Shown here piece after piece: positions 43,077-53,501 of a stretch of DNA of 64,000 nucleotides (within the stretch, counting starts at the first letter, position 1; every line of letters starts with the position of its first letter). The position numbers and the translations under genes were made by a program. Source of the stretch: an uncultured Chloroflexia bacterium (GTDB lineage Bacteria; Chloroflexota; Limnocylindria; Limnocylindrales; CSP1-4); contig CAVTHS010000007.1 of the NCBI GenBank assembly GCA_963734535.1, positions 128,001-192,000 on the forward strand, in the 5' to 3' direction. The notes beneath the pieces were generated by a model that worked only from the letters and a program-made list of their open reading frames with translations, was not told where the DNA came from and searched no databases.

Positions 43077-44180
43077 TTAATCGGCACCGTACTCCTCTCG
43101 ACGTATGCTAGCTTCCGGGCTGCTTCGTAGCCGAGTGCTCGGAGCTCGGCTTGCGGGAGCAAGCCGCCTCCCGTCGATGATCAGTGGCCGTCGCATGGTG
43201 TCGCGGAGCGCGGCCCAGTCCAGGTCTCGATAGGCCGGCCACTCAGTCGCGATCACCGCGACATCCGCGCCCCGGAGCGCCTCCTCCACAGTCTGGCACG
43301 ATCACGAGGTCGGGGAGGACCCGTCGGGCGTTCTCGCCGGCTGCTGGATCATGGGCCCGCAGATCGGCGCCCTCAGCCAGAAGGCGAGCCGCGAGGCGCA
43401 GCGCAGGCGAGGACCGGACGTCGTCCGTGTCGGCCTTGAACGCAAGGCCGAGAAGCGCGATCACGTTTGCCCGCGACCCCACCGACGGCATCGGCGATCC
43501 GCCGAGCGAAACGTCGCTGGTGGTCCGCGTTCGCGTCGGAGATCGCGCCGGCGAGATGCATCGGAAGTCCGCGGTCAAGCCCAGCTGTGGACATGCTGCG
43601 GACCTCCTTGGGCAGGCAGCTCCCGCCGAAGCCGTAGCTCGGTCGCATGTATGTATGGCCGATCCGCGGATCGTGCCCGATCCCTTCGAGCACCGGTCCG
43701 ACGTCCACCCCCAAGTCCTCGGCGAGCCCGGCCACCTCGTTCGCGAACGTCAGGCGGAGGGCCAGAAAGACGTTCGAAGCGTTCTTCACGAGGCTCGCCT
43801 CCTCGGCCCGCATGACGAGGAGCGGCGTTCCTGGCTGCGCGAAGGGCGCCAGTCACGAGCGCGAGCGCGTCGGGGTCTGGGTGGTCGCGCGAAGGTCCCG
43901 ACGACGACCCGCGTGGGCCTGCGGATGTCCTCGAGAGCGCTTACCCTGACGCAGAAACTCGGGAGCGACGAAGAGCCGCTCTGGCGAAATCCCAGGTCGG
44001 CTCGCCAGTCGCGCCGCCGAGCCAACCGGCAAGGTGCTTCGGATCACGCAGGCAGCTCCAGCTGGCGATGGCCGGGGCAGCTTCGTCGAGGGCCCGCGCG
44101 ACCTGCGACACATCAGTTGAGCCAGTGTCGTCGATCGCGAATTGCGAGGGTACCTATGGATCGCGTCACACATGTCCGCG
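43077..44180 (-). pseudogene. UDP-glucose/GDP-mannose dehydrogenase family, 5' end missing and frameshifted
   Basis: IRSTLPVG, PEFLRQG, KNASNVFLA, GFGGSCLPK, GLAFKADTDDVRSSP, ATEWP, DGR; no N-terminal GxGxxG. Confidence 0.7.
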
Positions 44181-45299
44181 CGCCCGTCGGGCTCCTCGAG
44201 AAGGAGCCGGAGCTCGCCGCCCACCAGACCGGCCGCAACAGCGGCGTCATCCACTCCCCGAACACGTACGCGCCGGGCTCGCTCAAGGCGCGCCTCTGCC
44301 GCGAGGGAATGGGCGCCGCCCTCGCATTCGCCGACGCTCACGACATCCCGTACGACATCTGTGGAGAGCTGATCGTGGCGACGACGCCGGCGGAGCTCCC
44401 GCGGCTCGCGGCGATCGCGGAGAAGGCCCAGGCGAACGGGTCGGTCCTCCGCGAGCTCGGACCGAGGCGATGCGCGAGGTCGAGCCGCACGTCGTCGGGC
44501 TCCGCGGGCTCCACGTGACGTCCACTGGGATCATCGACTGGCGGCGCTTCGCGCTCACGCTCGCCGACGACCTGCGGGCGCGCGGGGCCGTGATCCGTAC
44601 TCGGGCGGAGGTGACCGCGATTCGCCAGTCGAACGGCGAGGCCTGGTCCTCGAGACGACCGCCGGCGCGTGGCTTCCCGCAACCTCGTCACGTGTGCCGG
44701 GCTCCAGTCGGACCGCCTGGCGGCCATGACCGGCCATGCCTCGGACATCCGGATCATTCCGTTCCGGGGCGACTACGCGGTCCTCCGGCCTGGAGGCCCG
44801 ACACTATTGCAGGACGCTGATCTACCCGGTCCCAGACCCGCGCTTCCCGTTTCTCGGCGTCCACCTGACCAGGCGGATCGACGGCGCCGTGTGGGCCGGC
44901 CCGAACGCCGTCCTCGCCTTCGGGCGCGAGGCCTACCGGCGCCGTGACCTCGACATGCGCGAGCTCGTATCTGTGCTCGGCTTTCCCGGCTTTCGCCGCC
45001 TGGCGCTCCGCTACTGGCGAATGGGTGGCGCCGAGATGGTTCGCGACTGGAGTCGACGGCTCTTCGTCCGGGCACTGCAGGCCTACACGCCCGCGATCAG
45101 CCTCGGGGATATCGCCTGGGGGCCGTCCGGGATCCGGGCCCAGGCGCTGCGCCGCGATGGATCACTCGTCGAGGACTTCGCGATCGGCGGCGGCGAGCAC
45201 GTGCTCCACGTCCAGAACGCGCCCTCGCCGGCGGCTACCGCGTCACTGGCGATCGGCCGTGAGTTGGCCGAGATGGCAATCACGCGCTTCGGGATCTGA
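44180..45299 (+). pseudogene. lhgO: L-2-hydroxyglutarate oxidase (LhgO) family, 5' end missing, frameshifted
   Basis: LEKE...HQTGRNSGVIH, IYPVPDPRFPFLGVH, GPNA, SGIRAQA, NAPSPAATASLAIG; FAD-binding GxGxxG absent. Confidence 0.75.
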
Positions 45300-45368
45300 G
45301 GCCGAGCGGGTCGAACAGTAGATGCCGAAGTGCGCACGGGGTCTGTCCGAGAGCCATCCAGGCACCAC

Positions 45369-47343
45369 TCACGGTCCGTATTGCACGCCGACCACGATGT
45401 CGCGATCGAAGGTGACCGTCATGGTCGCCGTCGCGCCGCTGACGGCGAGCTCCCGGCTGGCCGCCGTGATCCGGTAGCCGTCCGGCGCCCGGATCGTGAG
45501 CGTGAGCGGCTCCGGGAGCATGCCCGGCTGTGCCTGGATGGTGAGCCGGTAGGTCCCGCCGGTCGCGTCGACAGCTCGCCGCATACGGGCTGGTCCACGA
45601 GTACTCGAGGCTCGTCTGGCCCGGCGGGATCTTCAGGTACGTTCCGATCGCCATGCCGTCCAGCCTCGTCCTCCACGACGGCCGGGTCGGTCACGGGCGT
45701 CAGGCCGCCCCCGGAGACCGACTCGACGCGGCTCCGCTCGGGGACCAGCGACCCGGAAGTACATCCCGAGGATGCGGCCACCGACATTCGTCATCGCAAG
45801 GTAGGGGGCACCGTCGGGGGTGTCGACCCGGTTCTCCCACGTCGTCGTGAGCGTGTTCCGGGCGTTGCCGACCGCGTCGATCTGCACCGCGAGATCCATC
45901 GTCCGCGTCGTCCACGCCGTTCAGCTTCGACGCCGGCGCCACGTTCGAGTCGACCGGGTAGACGTAGTCGCCCTGGATCCTGCCGGATCGCCGCCGCCGA
46001 AGCCGCCGTCAGCGGCGAACGCCTCGTCGGTCGCATCGCGGAACCAGGCGAGCAGCAGGTGCTCCTGTCCGATACGTCCCCGTCGCCCCGATGACGTCGC
46101 CCCAGCGACCGAGGCGGCAGCGCGAGGAGGACGCCGAGGAGCTGATCCGCGAACACCGACAGAAACGCCTTCGCGTCCTCGCCGGGCTTCCGGGGCGGCC
46201 CGGGTCAGCTGGAGGACCTTCAGCGTCGTCTCGCCGGACGCGATCGTCACGTCGTAGTCCGGGACGGTGATCGGCCCGGTGACCTTCAGGAGCTCGTCGA
46301 TCGTGTAGGTGGTGATCGCGAGGACCCCGTCGATGCGGCGTCACCCGATTCGTTCGTGTAGAGCCGGAGCGGCGTCCTGCGCGCTCGTCGGGAAGTCCGG
46401 CGACCAGCCGGCGTCCGCGAGCTGCCAGGATTGCGTCGGGCCGAGCAGGTAGTCGGCCAGCTCCTGCGGCGGCTTGACGAACGGGTAGTCGTTCGTCACA
46501 GTCCAGCGGCGAGACGTTCTGGAAGCGGCGCTCGGTGATGCGGCCCTTGTCGAACGCGATGATCCCGTAGCTCCCGATGAATCCGCCGCTGGGACGCAGC
46601 TCCGCGGGGTCCTGCGTCAGGACCAGGTAGCGGCGCGGCCCGTCCCAGCCCAGGATCGCCGGCAGCCGCGCGCTGACCCGCACGTACGCGTCGAGAAGCG
46701 GGCCGTACTTGTCGATCCGCGTCCGCATCGCGTCGCGGACGCTCTCGACCTGCCCGATCAGGCCGTCCGGGACGCTCGCCAGCGCCTGGCGCGCGCTCTC
46801 GACCGAGGCGGCCGCCGACACGGCGCGGTCGCGCGACGTGGCCATCAGCTCCACGAGCTGCGAGAGTGCCGAGGCGTTCTTCGGATCGGCGGCCTGGGCC
46901 TCGCGGATGTCGACGAAGCGACGGCCGAGGGTCAGGCCCTGGTCGACAGCGTCGAGAAGGTCCCCGGCGGCTGCGACGACGCTGTCCGCGCCGCGAACGT
47001 TGGACGCGGTCAGCGGCAGCGCCCGGGCGAGGGCGATCAGCGGGTCGCCGGCCAGCAGGCCGTGCAGCCGGTCGAGGCGCGCTCGGGCGGCGGCCGCGTC
47101 GGCATCCAGCGAGTCGATCGTGGCCCGGTCGATCCCGAGGCCCGCCTCCTGCACACGTCCGACCATCGTCTCGAGGTCTGTCCGCAGCACGCGCCCCTCG
47201 TCCAGTGCGGGCAGGTAGCGGAAGAGCGCGAGCGCACCGACGACCAGGAGGAGGATGACGCCACCGCCGGCCACGATGACTCGGCGGCGCGGGCGCGGCC
47301 GCCTGGCTGCTCCCCGGTCGGCGTGGACTGGGTCGCCCGTCAC
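45369..47343 (-). CDS. DUF4012-domain membrane-anchored protein, frameshifted
   Basis: N-terminal TM, helical bundle, PRRYLVLTQDPAELRPSGGFIGSYG, DAGWSPDFP, TGPITV, YRLTIQAQPG. Confidence 0.8.
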
Positions 47344-48005
47344 GTCTTGGGAACGGTGATGACCACGAATCGCGGCGCCGTGGCGTAGTACGACGTCGAC
47401 GTCTGGAGGGTCAGCTGTTCCGTTGGTGTCGGCTGGAGGTACTTCACGGCGTCGAACGGGACCTTTGGCAGGATCTCCGTCACGACGTACGTTCGCGCCG
47501 TCCCGTCGACGAGGTCAAGCTCCACCGTGTCGCCGACCCGGATCTGCCAGAGCGGGAGGAACATCCCGACACGCGCATGCCCATAGATGTAGATGTTCGA
47601 GCCGCCGCCCGGCCACCCGGAGCTCGGGTAGTGGGCCGCCTTCCCGATCGGGGCGTCGATTCCGTCGCCCTCGATGATCGCGAGGTCGATGCCGAGCCGT
47701 GCGATCCGGATGCGGTTCGCCCGGATCCCCGCCCCGAGCGCCGGGCTTGGCGATGGCGGAGCTGCGCTTGGCCCGGCGTCTGGCCCGGAGGCCGTCGGGG
47801 CCACGGTAACGAGCGGCAGATCGCCGAGCGCGGGCGACTCGCTGGCCCCGATCCCGGGTGTCGCGGAAGGCGTCGCGCTGCCGGCGGACCCACCACCGAG
47901 CGCGATCGCGAGACCAATCGCCAAGGCGACGACCGCGAGGGCCACGCCGAAGATGGTCCGGCGCCGGGAACCTTCCCGGCTGGGACGCGGTTCCGATTCG
48001 GTCAT
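47340..48005 (-). CDS. Sortase-family protein with Ser at the catalytic Cys position
   Basis: N-terminal TM, RIRIARLGID, IYGHAR, GDTV, LTLQTS (usual TLxTC), PRFVV. Confidence 0.85.
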   Translation of the reverse strand: MTESEPRPSREGSRRRTIFGVALAVVALAIGLAIALGGGSAGSATPSATPGIGASESPALGDLPLVTVAPTASGPDAGPSAAPPSPSPALGAGIRANRIRIARLGIDLAIIEGDGIDAPIGKAAHYPSSGWPGGGSNIYIYGHARVGMFLPLWQIRVGDTVELDLVDGTARTYVVTEILPKVPFDAVKYLQPTPTEQLTLQTSTSYYATAPRFVVITVPKT

Positions 48006-48066
48006 GGCAGCGACTCGCCGGGTCCGGTCACGCCCTCATTCGCGATTGCCCGGCGAACCGCCGCGT

Positions 48067-48591
48067 TCAGCGGTGCGCGGAGGCGAGGCGACGGATGCCG
48101 AGGCCACCGACGAACACGAGGGCGAGGGCTGCGACAGCGAGGGTCCCGAGCGGCGCGTCCTGGGACGGGACGTCTCCCGGCAGCGTCGACGTGTTCGGAA
48201 GCACGCCGCCGGTCGGGCCGCACGATGCATTCAGGACCGCAGAGGCGCTGACGGTTCCAGCAGTCGCCTGCACGTTCCGGGCGACGCTCACGGGCCCGAG
48301 TGTCACCGTCGTGGTGGCCACGCCATCCGCATTGGTGATCGTCGGCGTCTTGTTGACCTTGTCGCCCGTATCTCCAGCGAGGAACGACCACTCGACCGAC
48401 TGTCCGGCGACCGGCGCGCCGTTCGCATCGACGAACGTCGCTGTCAGCGTGAATGGCGTTCCGCAGGCGATGACGCCGGATACCGTCACGGATCCCTTGA
48501 CTTGATCCTGATATCCAAGGGCGGTCATGGACGTCACCAATAGGACGGCCGCGGCCGCGAGACTGGCAACCCACCAAGTCCGGCGCTTCAT
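48067..48591 (-). CDS. Secreted Ig-like (Big_1) protein with LPNTS cell-wall sorting signal
   Basis: Signal peptide, LTATFVDANGAPVAGQSV...TNADGVA, LPNTS + TM + RR tail. Confidence 0.8.
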   Translation of the reverse strand: MKRRTWWVASLAAAAVLLVTSMTALGYQDQVKGSVTVSGVIACGTPFTLTATFVDANGAPVAGQSVEWSFLAGDTGDKVNKTPTITNADGVATTTVTLGPVSVARNVQATAGTVSASAVLNASCGPTGGVLPNTSTLPGDVPSQDAPLGTLAVAALALVFVGGLGIRRLASAHR

Positions 48592-48811
48592 CGTTCGGTC
48601 TCCCTCATTGCGGGGCGGCCCGCCCCACTGCCCCCGGGAGCCCGCAGACAACTTCTGCGGGGCCCGACTCGCGCACAGGCATTAGTACCGTGCCGCGACC
48701 GAATTCATCCTACACGCAGGCGCAATACTGTGCGTACTTCTTGGCCATCGCGAGCGCGGACACGGTGCGTCGCGGCAACGCCGTGCTGGGACAGTGCCGG
48801 ATCCAGGTGTG

Positions 48812-49573
48812 TCAGGTGGACCCGAGGTCACCCAGCCGGCGGAGCAGCTCGGTGGCAACCGCCCGGTAATCGTCAGCGGCGCGGCTCGTCGGGGCATACC
48901 GGGTGATCGGCAGGCGCGAGGCCGGTGCCTCGGCGAGGCGGATCGCCTCGCGCACCGACTGTTCCAGGACAACCGGGCCGAACTGCGCCCGAAGCTGGCC
49001 GATCACCCCCCGGACGTGACCGGTCCCGTTCACGCGGCACGCGACGATGCCGAGGAGCTCCAGTCGTGGGTTGACGTGCCGGCGGGCTCGCTCGATCGAC
49101 GCGATCACGCTCGCCACGCCCGAGAGCCCGAGCGCGTGGGCCTCGATGGGGATGACGACTCGATCGCTGGACACGAGCGGCGCTAGCGACAGGTACCCGA
49201 GCGTGGGTGGCGTATCCACGAGGATCAGGTCCCAGTAGTCGGGCAACCGTGCGAAGCCGCGAACGATTGCGAGCCCGGTGTCGTTCCGACCCTTCTCGCC
49301 GGACGGGACCAGGCTGGGGCTGGTTGGGATGAGGTCGACCCCGGGCGCCGTCGAGGCGACCACGAGCTCGGAGGTCCGGATGCCGCCCGCCGAGAACTCG
49401 ACGAGCCCGATCGGCGATTCGCGACCCCCGAGCCAGTCGGTTGCCGAACCCTGGGGATCGAGGTCCACGACGAGCACCTTGAGGCCGCGCTCGGCAAAGG
49501 CGGCCGCGAGGCTCACGGTCGTCGTGGTCTTGCCACTCCCACCCTTGTTGTTCGAGACGGCGATCGTTCGCAC
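48812..49573 (-). CDS. ParA/Soj family ATPase
   Basis: NNKGGSGKTT, VDLDPQGS, VDTPPTLG, IRLAEAP. Confidence 0.88.
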   Translation of the reverse strand: MRTIAVSNNKGGSGKTTTTVSLAAAFAERGLKVLVVDLDPQGSATDWLGGRESPIGLVEFSAGGIRTSELVVASTAPGVDLIPTSPSLVPSGEKGRNDTGLAIVRGFARLPDYWDLILVDTPPTLGYLSLAPLVSSDRVVIPIEAHALGLSGVASVIASIERARRHVNPRLELLGIVACRVNGTGHVRGVIGQLRAQFGPVVLEQSVREAIRLAEAPASRLPITRYAPTSRAADDYRAVATELLRRLGDLGST

Positions 49574-49574
49574 C

Positions 49575-50024
49575 TCAGCGATCGCCTTCGATGCGTCGGA
49601 CGACGCTCTCGAAGAAGTCGTCCGCGACGGAGTCGACGCTCGATGGCGTCCGCAGCAGGGGATCCGGCGATGTGTCACTCGGTTGCCGCTGGCTCGCCGT
49701 CGAGGGATCCTGTCCCGGGAGCTCTCCTGCCGAGATGATGGGCAGCTCCAGCGGCAGGCTCGGAGGGGTTGGCAGCACCGGCGCACCGGCCGGGGCCGCA
49801 GGTTCCGGCACCATCGTCGGCGAGGCGGCCGGAAGCGGGGACGACGCGGTCGGAGGAGCCAGCGATACATTCCAGAGCGCCAGCGCGGCCTCGTACGCCC
49901 GCCGCTCGGCGGTGTCGAATGCCGCCGCCTTCGTCGTCCCTCGACCGCGCCTCAGGCGCGCGACGAGTCGGCGGGCAACGGCGCGCCAGCCCGTCGGCTC
50001 ACGTGGGGCTGGCGGGATCGTCAC
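49575..50024 (-). CDS. Hypothetical Pro-rich protein
   Basis: ORF abutting the parA start, ending ADDFFESVVRRIEGDR. Confidence 0.5.
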   Translation of the reverse strand: MTIPPAPREPTGWRAVARRLVARLRRGRGTTKAAAFDTAERRAYEAALALWNVSLAPPTASSPLPAASPTMVPEPAAPAGAPVLPTPPSLPLELPIISAGELPGQDPSTASQRQPSDTSPDPLLRTPSSVDSVADDFFESVVRRIEGDR

Positions 50025-50093
50025 GTCGGCAACTGTACGGGTTCCGTGGATCCGGTCGGTCGGCCGCCCAACGACGCCCTCCGATCCTTGCGC

Positions 50094-50828
50094 TCAGCCG
50101 CGCAGGCTCTCCCCCGGTTCCCAGCCGTACAGGTCGACGGGCCCGAGGCCGCGAGCGTCGAGCTCCGCGCGGAGCTGCTCAGGAGTTCCCGCGAGCAGCG
50201 GGAAGGTGCCGTAGTGGATCGGCGCGACCGCGTCGACACCGAGAAGCTCCACGGCCAGGGCCGCCTCGCGGGGCCCCATCGTGTAGTGGCCGCCGATGGG
50301 CAGGAGCGCCAGGTTCGGGCGGTAGAGCTCGCCGATCAGGCGCATGTCGCTGGTCACGTTCGTGTCACCGGCGTGGTAGATCGTGTAGCCGTTCTCGAGC
50401 CGGATGACGAAGCCGGCCGGCTCGCCCAGGTAGAGCGTCGTCTCGCCGCCGGGGTTCCAGTCGCCAGCGGAGTGGTCCGCACCCGTCATGGTGACCGCGA
50501 TCTCGCCGAACGCGAACGTGCCGCCCTTGTTCATGCCGGTCGTCGCGTCCGCCCCACCCGGCAGCCGTCGTGCCAGCCAGAGGCTCATCTCGTGGATGCA
50601 CGGCCAGGTCGGCCGGAGGCGGCTCGCGAGAGCGACCGCGTCGCCCATGTGGTCGCCGTGGCCGTGGGTCACGAGAAGGAGGTCGCAGGCCGTGACGGCA
50701 TCGGCCGCCTTTGGGCTCTTCGGGTTCCCGAACCACGGGTCGATCAGGATCGTCTTCCCGCCAGGCGTACGGACCTCGACGCAGGCGTGGCCGTACCAGG
50801 TGATCGTCGTCGCAGCGTCGAGGCCCAT
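50094..50828 (-). CDS. Metal-dependent hydrolase, MBL fold (UPF0173-like)
   Basis: WYGHA, IDPW, THGHGDH, MNKGG, YHAGDT, LPIGGHYTM, PIHYGTF. Confidence 0.9.
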   Translation of the reverse strand: MGLDAATTITWYGHACVEVRTPGGKTILIDPWFGNPKSPKAADAVTACDLLLVTHGHGDHMGDAVALASRLRPTWPCIHEMSLWLARRLPGGADATTGMNKGGTFAFGEIAVTMTGADHSAGDWNPGGETTLYLGEPAGFVIRLENGYTIYHAGDTNVTSDMRLIGELYRPNLALLPIGGHYTMGPREAALAVELLGVDAVAPIHYGTFPLLAGTPEQLRAELDARGLGPVDLYGWEPGESLRG

Positions 50829-51077
50829 CGCTTCGCTCCTCGTCAGAGGTTGATCACGTAAGAAGACACGGCCGGATCCGGGGGACCGGGCGGCCCGGGA
50901 CCGACGACCGTTGGCGGAGTGTGCACGCGGCCGGCAGGGCGAGGCAAGAGGGTTCTGCTCTCCGGGCCGAGCGCCCCGGAGCGACCTCGTCACCGCCCAC
51001 GACGGACACCCGGGACGCCGCCGCATTCGACACCGCCGCATCCGCCCCGTGCCGCGGGCCGACTACACTCCGTTGCG

Positions 51078-51914
51078 ATGCCCGCCGAGCAGATCGCCCG
51101 GAACCTCGCCTTCGTGAACTGGACGGTCCTTGCCGGCCTGGCCGTGGGGGCCTTCGCCTCGGTCGTCCTCCTTCGCCTGCGGACGGACGCCACGAAGGGC
51201 TACCTGGGATTCACGGGGTTGTGCGCCGCCGCGTTCGGCGGGCTGGCCTGGCTCGCCGACGGCGCGCTCCCCGCCGTCGCCGCGGCGGGCTCGCCGGTCA
51301 CGGTGGACGCCACGTGGGACCTCCTTCGTCGCGTGCTGCTGGCGATCCTGGCGCTCGGCGCGCTGGGTTACTCGATCGGCCTCTTCCGCGGTGCGCGCGC
51401 GCCGCTCCTCGGGCTCGGCACCCTCGCGGCGGGGCTCGGCACGCTCGTGGCCGGCGCGCTCACGTGGGGCGGTGGCGTGGTCGGTGCCGTTCCGCTGGCG
51501 CTGCAGCTCATCGCACTGGCGTGCGCGATCGGCGGCTCCTTCGCGGGGATGATCCTGGGCCACTGGTACCTGGTGACCCCGAAGCTCTCCACGGGGCCGG
51601 CGCTCGCCCTCACCCGGGGGCTGTTCTGGGTGGTCGCGCTGCAGGTCACGCTCTTCGCGGCGTGGGTCGGATTCGGAGGCGGCCAGAACCTGGCGCCCTT
51701 CGGGCCGCTCACCGGGCCGTGGGCGCTCTTCGTCTGGCTGCGCCTGCTGGTCGGCCTCATCTTCCCGCTCATCATCACCTGGGCGGCCGGGCAGACAATC
51801 CGGACCCGATCGATGGAGTCCGCGACCGGCCTCCTGTACATCGATGTCGGGGCGATCGCGTCGGGGACGATCCTCGCCGCGGGCCTCTACTTCGGCGCCG
51901 GCCTGCTGGTCTGA
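51078..51914 (+). CDS. Multi-pass membrane protein with GHWYL motif
   Basis: About 8 TMs, MILGHWYLVTP, SMESATGLLY. Confidence 0.75.
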   Translation: MPAEQIARNLAFVNWTVLAGLAVGAFASVVLLRLRTDATKGYLGFTGLCAAAFGGLAWLADGALPAVAAAGSPVTVDATWDLLRRVLLAILALGALGYSIGLFRGARAPLLGLGTLAAGLGTLVAGALTWGGGVVGAVPLALQLIALACAIGGSFAGMILGHWYLVTPKLSTGPALALTRGLFWVVALQVTLFAAWVGFGGGQNLAPFGPLTGPWALFVWLRLLVGLIFPLIITWAAGQTIRTRSMESATGLLYIDVGAIASGTILAAGLYFGAGLLV

Positions 51915-51931
51915 GAGGGGGTAGAGGTCCG

Positions 51932-52600
51932 ATGACAACGCGTGGCGGGTTCGTCCCCTCGGTCGTCGACCGGTCCTGGATCGAGTCGGCGGCCGCTCCC
52001 CTCCATCCCGTCCTCGAGATGATCGAAGCGGCAGCTGGGCCGGACGGCATCCCGATCCTCGACCGCGAGGCGGGGCGAGTCCTGGCCGCGCTTGCCGCGG
52101 GGCGCCGCAGGGTCGTGGAGGTCGGCACGGCCTTCGGCTACTCCACCCTCTGCATGGCCCTCGGCCAGCCGACCGACGGCACGATCGCGACGATCGACCC
52201 GGATCGATCACGGACGGACCGCGCGCGAGGCTGGTGGCGGCAGGCCGGGATCCCGGAGGAGAGGATCGTCGTCGTGAACCGCCCTGCCCTCGACGCGTTC
52301 GCGGCCGGTGCCGGTGAGCCGGCGCTCGCGGGACCCTTCGACCTCGCCTTCATCGATGCGCTCAAGCACGAGTACACGGCATACGTGACGGCGATCGTCC
52401 CGCGGCTGGCCCCGGGCGCGCTGTTGATCGCGGACAATGTCCTGTGGGCCGGCCGCGTCTCGGGTGAGCGGCCCAGCAACCCGGGGGATGCCACCGATGT
52501 GCTCCGAGCCTTCGACACGGCCATGCTGCGCGACCCGCGCTTCACGGCCACCATCCTGCCGATCGGGGATGGCCTGCTCCTCGCCGGCTTCCGCGGGTGA
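51932..52600 (+). CDS. SAM-dependent O-methyltransferase
   Basis: EVGTAFGYS, FDLAFIDA, LIADNVLW, PIGDGL. Confidence 0.9.
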   Translation: MTTRGGFVPSVVDRSWIESAAAPLHPVLEMIEAAAGPDGIPILDREAGRVLAALAAGRRRVVEVGTAFGYSTLCMALGQPTDGTIATIDPDRSRTDRARGWWRQAGIPEERIVVVNRPALDAFAAGAGEPALAGPFDLAFIDALKHEYTAYVTAIVPRLAPGALLIADNVLWAGRVSGERPSNPGDATDVLRAFDTAMLRDPRFTATILPIGDGLLLAGFRG

Positions 52601-52636
52601 GCCCGCGAACGGAGCGACCATGACGAGCCCGCGGTC

Positions 52637-53423
52637 ATGACGGCCGACGATCGACTGATGCACGTGCGGGTCCGCCTGTTCGCCCGCCAGCGGGAGCTGG
52701 CCGGGACGCGCGAGGTGACCCTCGACCTCGCCGAGGGGGCGACGATCGAGGACGCCTGGAAGCGGCGTAGCAGCCCGGGTTCCCGCGATTGCGTCGGGGC
52801 GGCCGTTCGTGCGGTTCGCGCGAAACGGCGACTACGCGGACGCCGAGACGTCCCTGGCCGATGGCGACGAGGTGGCCTGCATCCCGCCGATCAGCGGCGG
52901 CGCGGGCACGGAGGACGCGGCAGGCGACGACCCGGTGATCCGCCGCTTCGAGCTTCGCGCGGAGCCGTTCCCGACTTCCCTCGCCCGCGAGCTTGCCGAT
53001 GCGGTTGCGACCCCGGTCGACGGCGCCGTCGTGATCTTCGAGGGTCGAACGCGGTCGACGCCGGGCACCCCGGCGCCGGGCGAGGAGGACGAGGCTGCGC
53101 GCCACGCGGGTCACGCAGTTGCGTCGCTCGAATACGAGGCCCTGGAGCCGCTGGTTCGTCGGGTCTGGGGTGAGATCGCGGATGACGTGGAGGCCCGCTT
53201 CGGGGTCCGCCGGCTGGCGATCGCGCACCGAACCGGCGACGTGCCGTTGGGCGAGGCGAGTGTCATCATCGCCGCTGCGGCGCCGCACCGGGACGCCGCG
53301 TTCGCCGCCGCGCGCCATGCGATGGACGAGACGAAGGCGCGCGCGCCGATCTGGAAGGCCGAGCATTTCGTCGACGGCCACGTCTGGATCGGTGAGCCGG
53401 CACGCACGGATAGCGTGAAGTGA
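52637..53423 (+). CDS. moaE: Molybdopterin synthase MoaD-MoaE fusion (frameshift near 52780)
   Basis: VRLFA...LADGDEVACIPPISGG (MoaD) then GAVVIFEG, LEYEA, HRTG, APIWKAE (MoaE). Confidence 0.85.
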
Positions 53424-53501
53424 CAGGAGGGGTGATGGCCGCGTCGTCCTCACCGCCCGAGTCTCCAGCTCTGCCCGCGTCGCTTCCGGAGAGGTCGCCT
53501 G

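Noticed and set aside
48600-48690. Two hairpins in the leader of the LPNTS gene as a riboswitch
   Set aside because: No match to c-di-GMP-I/II or c-di-AMP consensus that I can see; could be ordinary GC-rich stems.
48812-49573. ParA as evidence of a plasmid or ICE
   Set aside because: No parB, rep, integrase or att site in the window; orphan chromosomal ParA is common.
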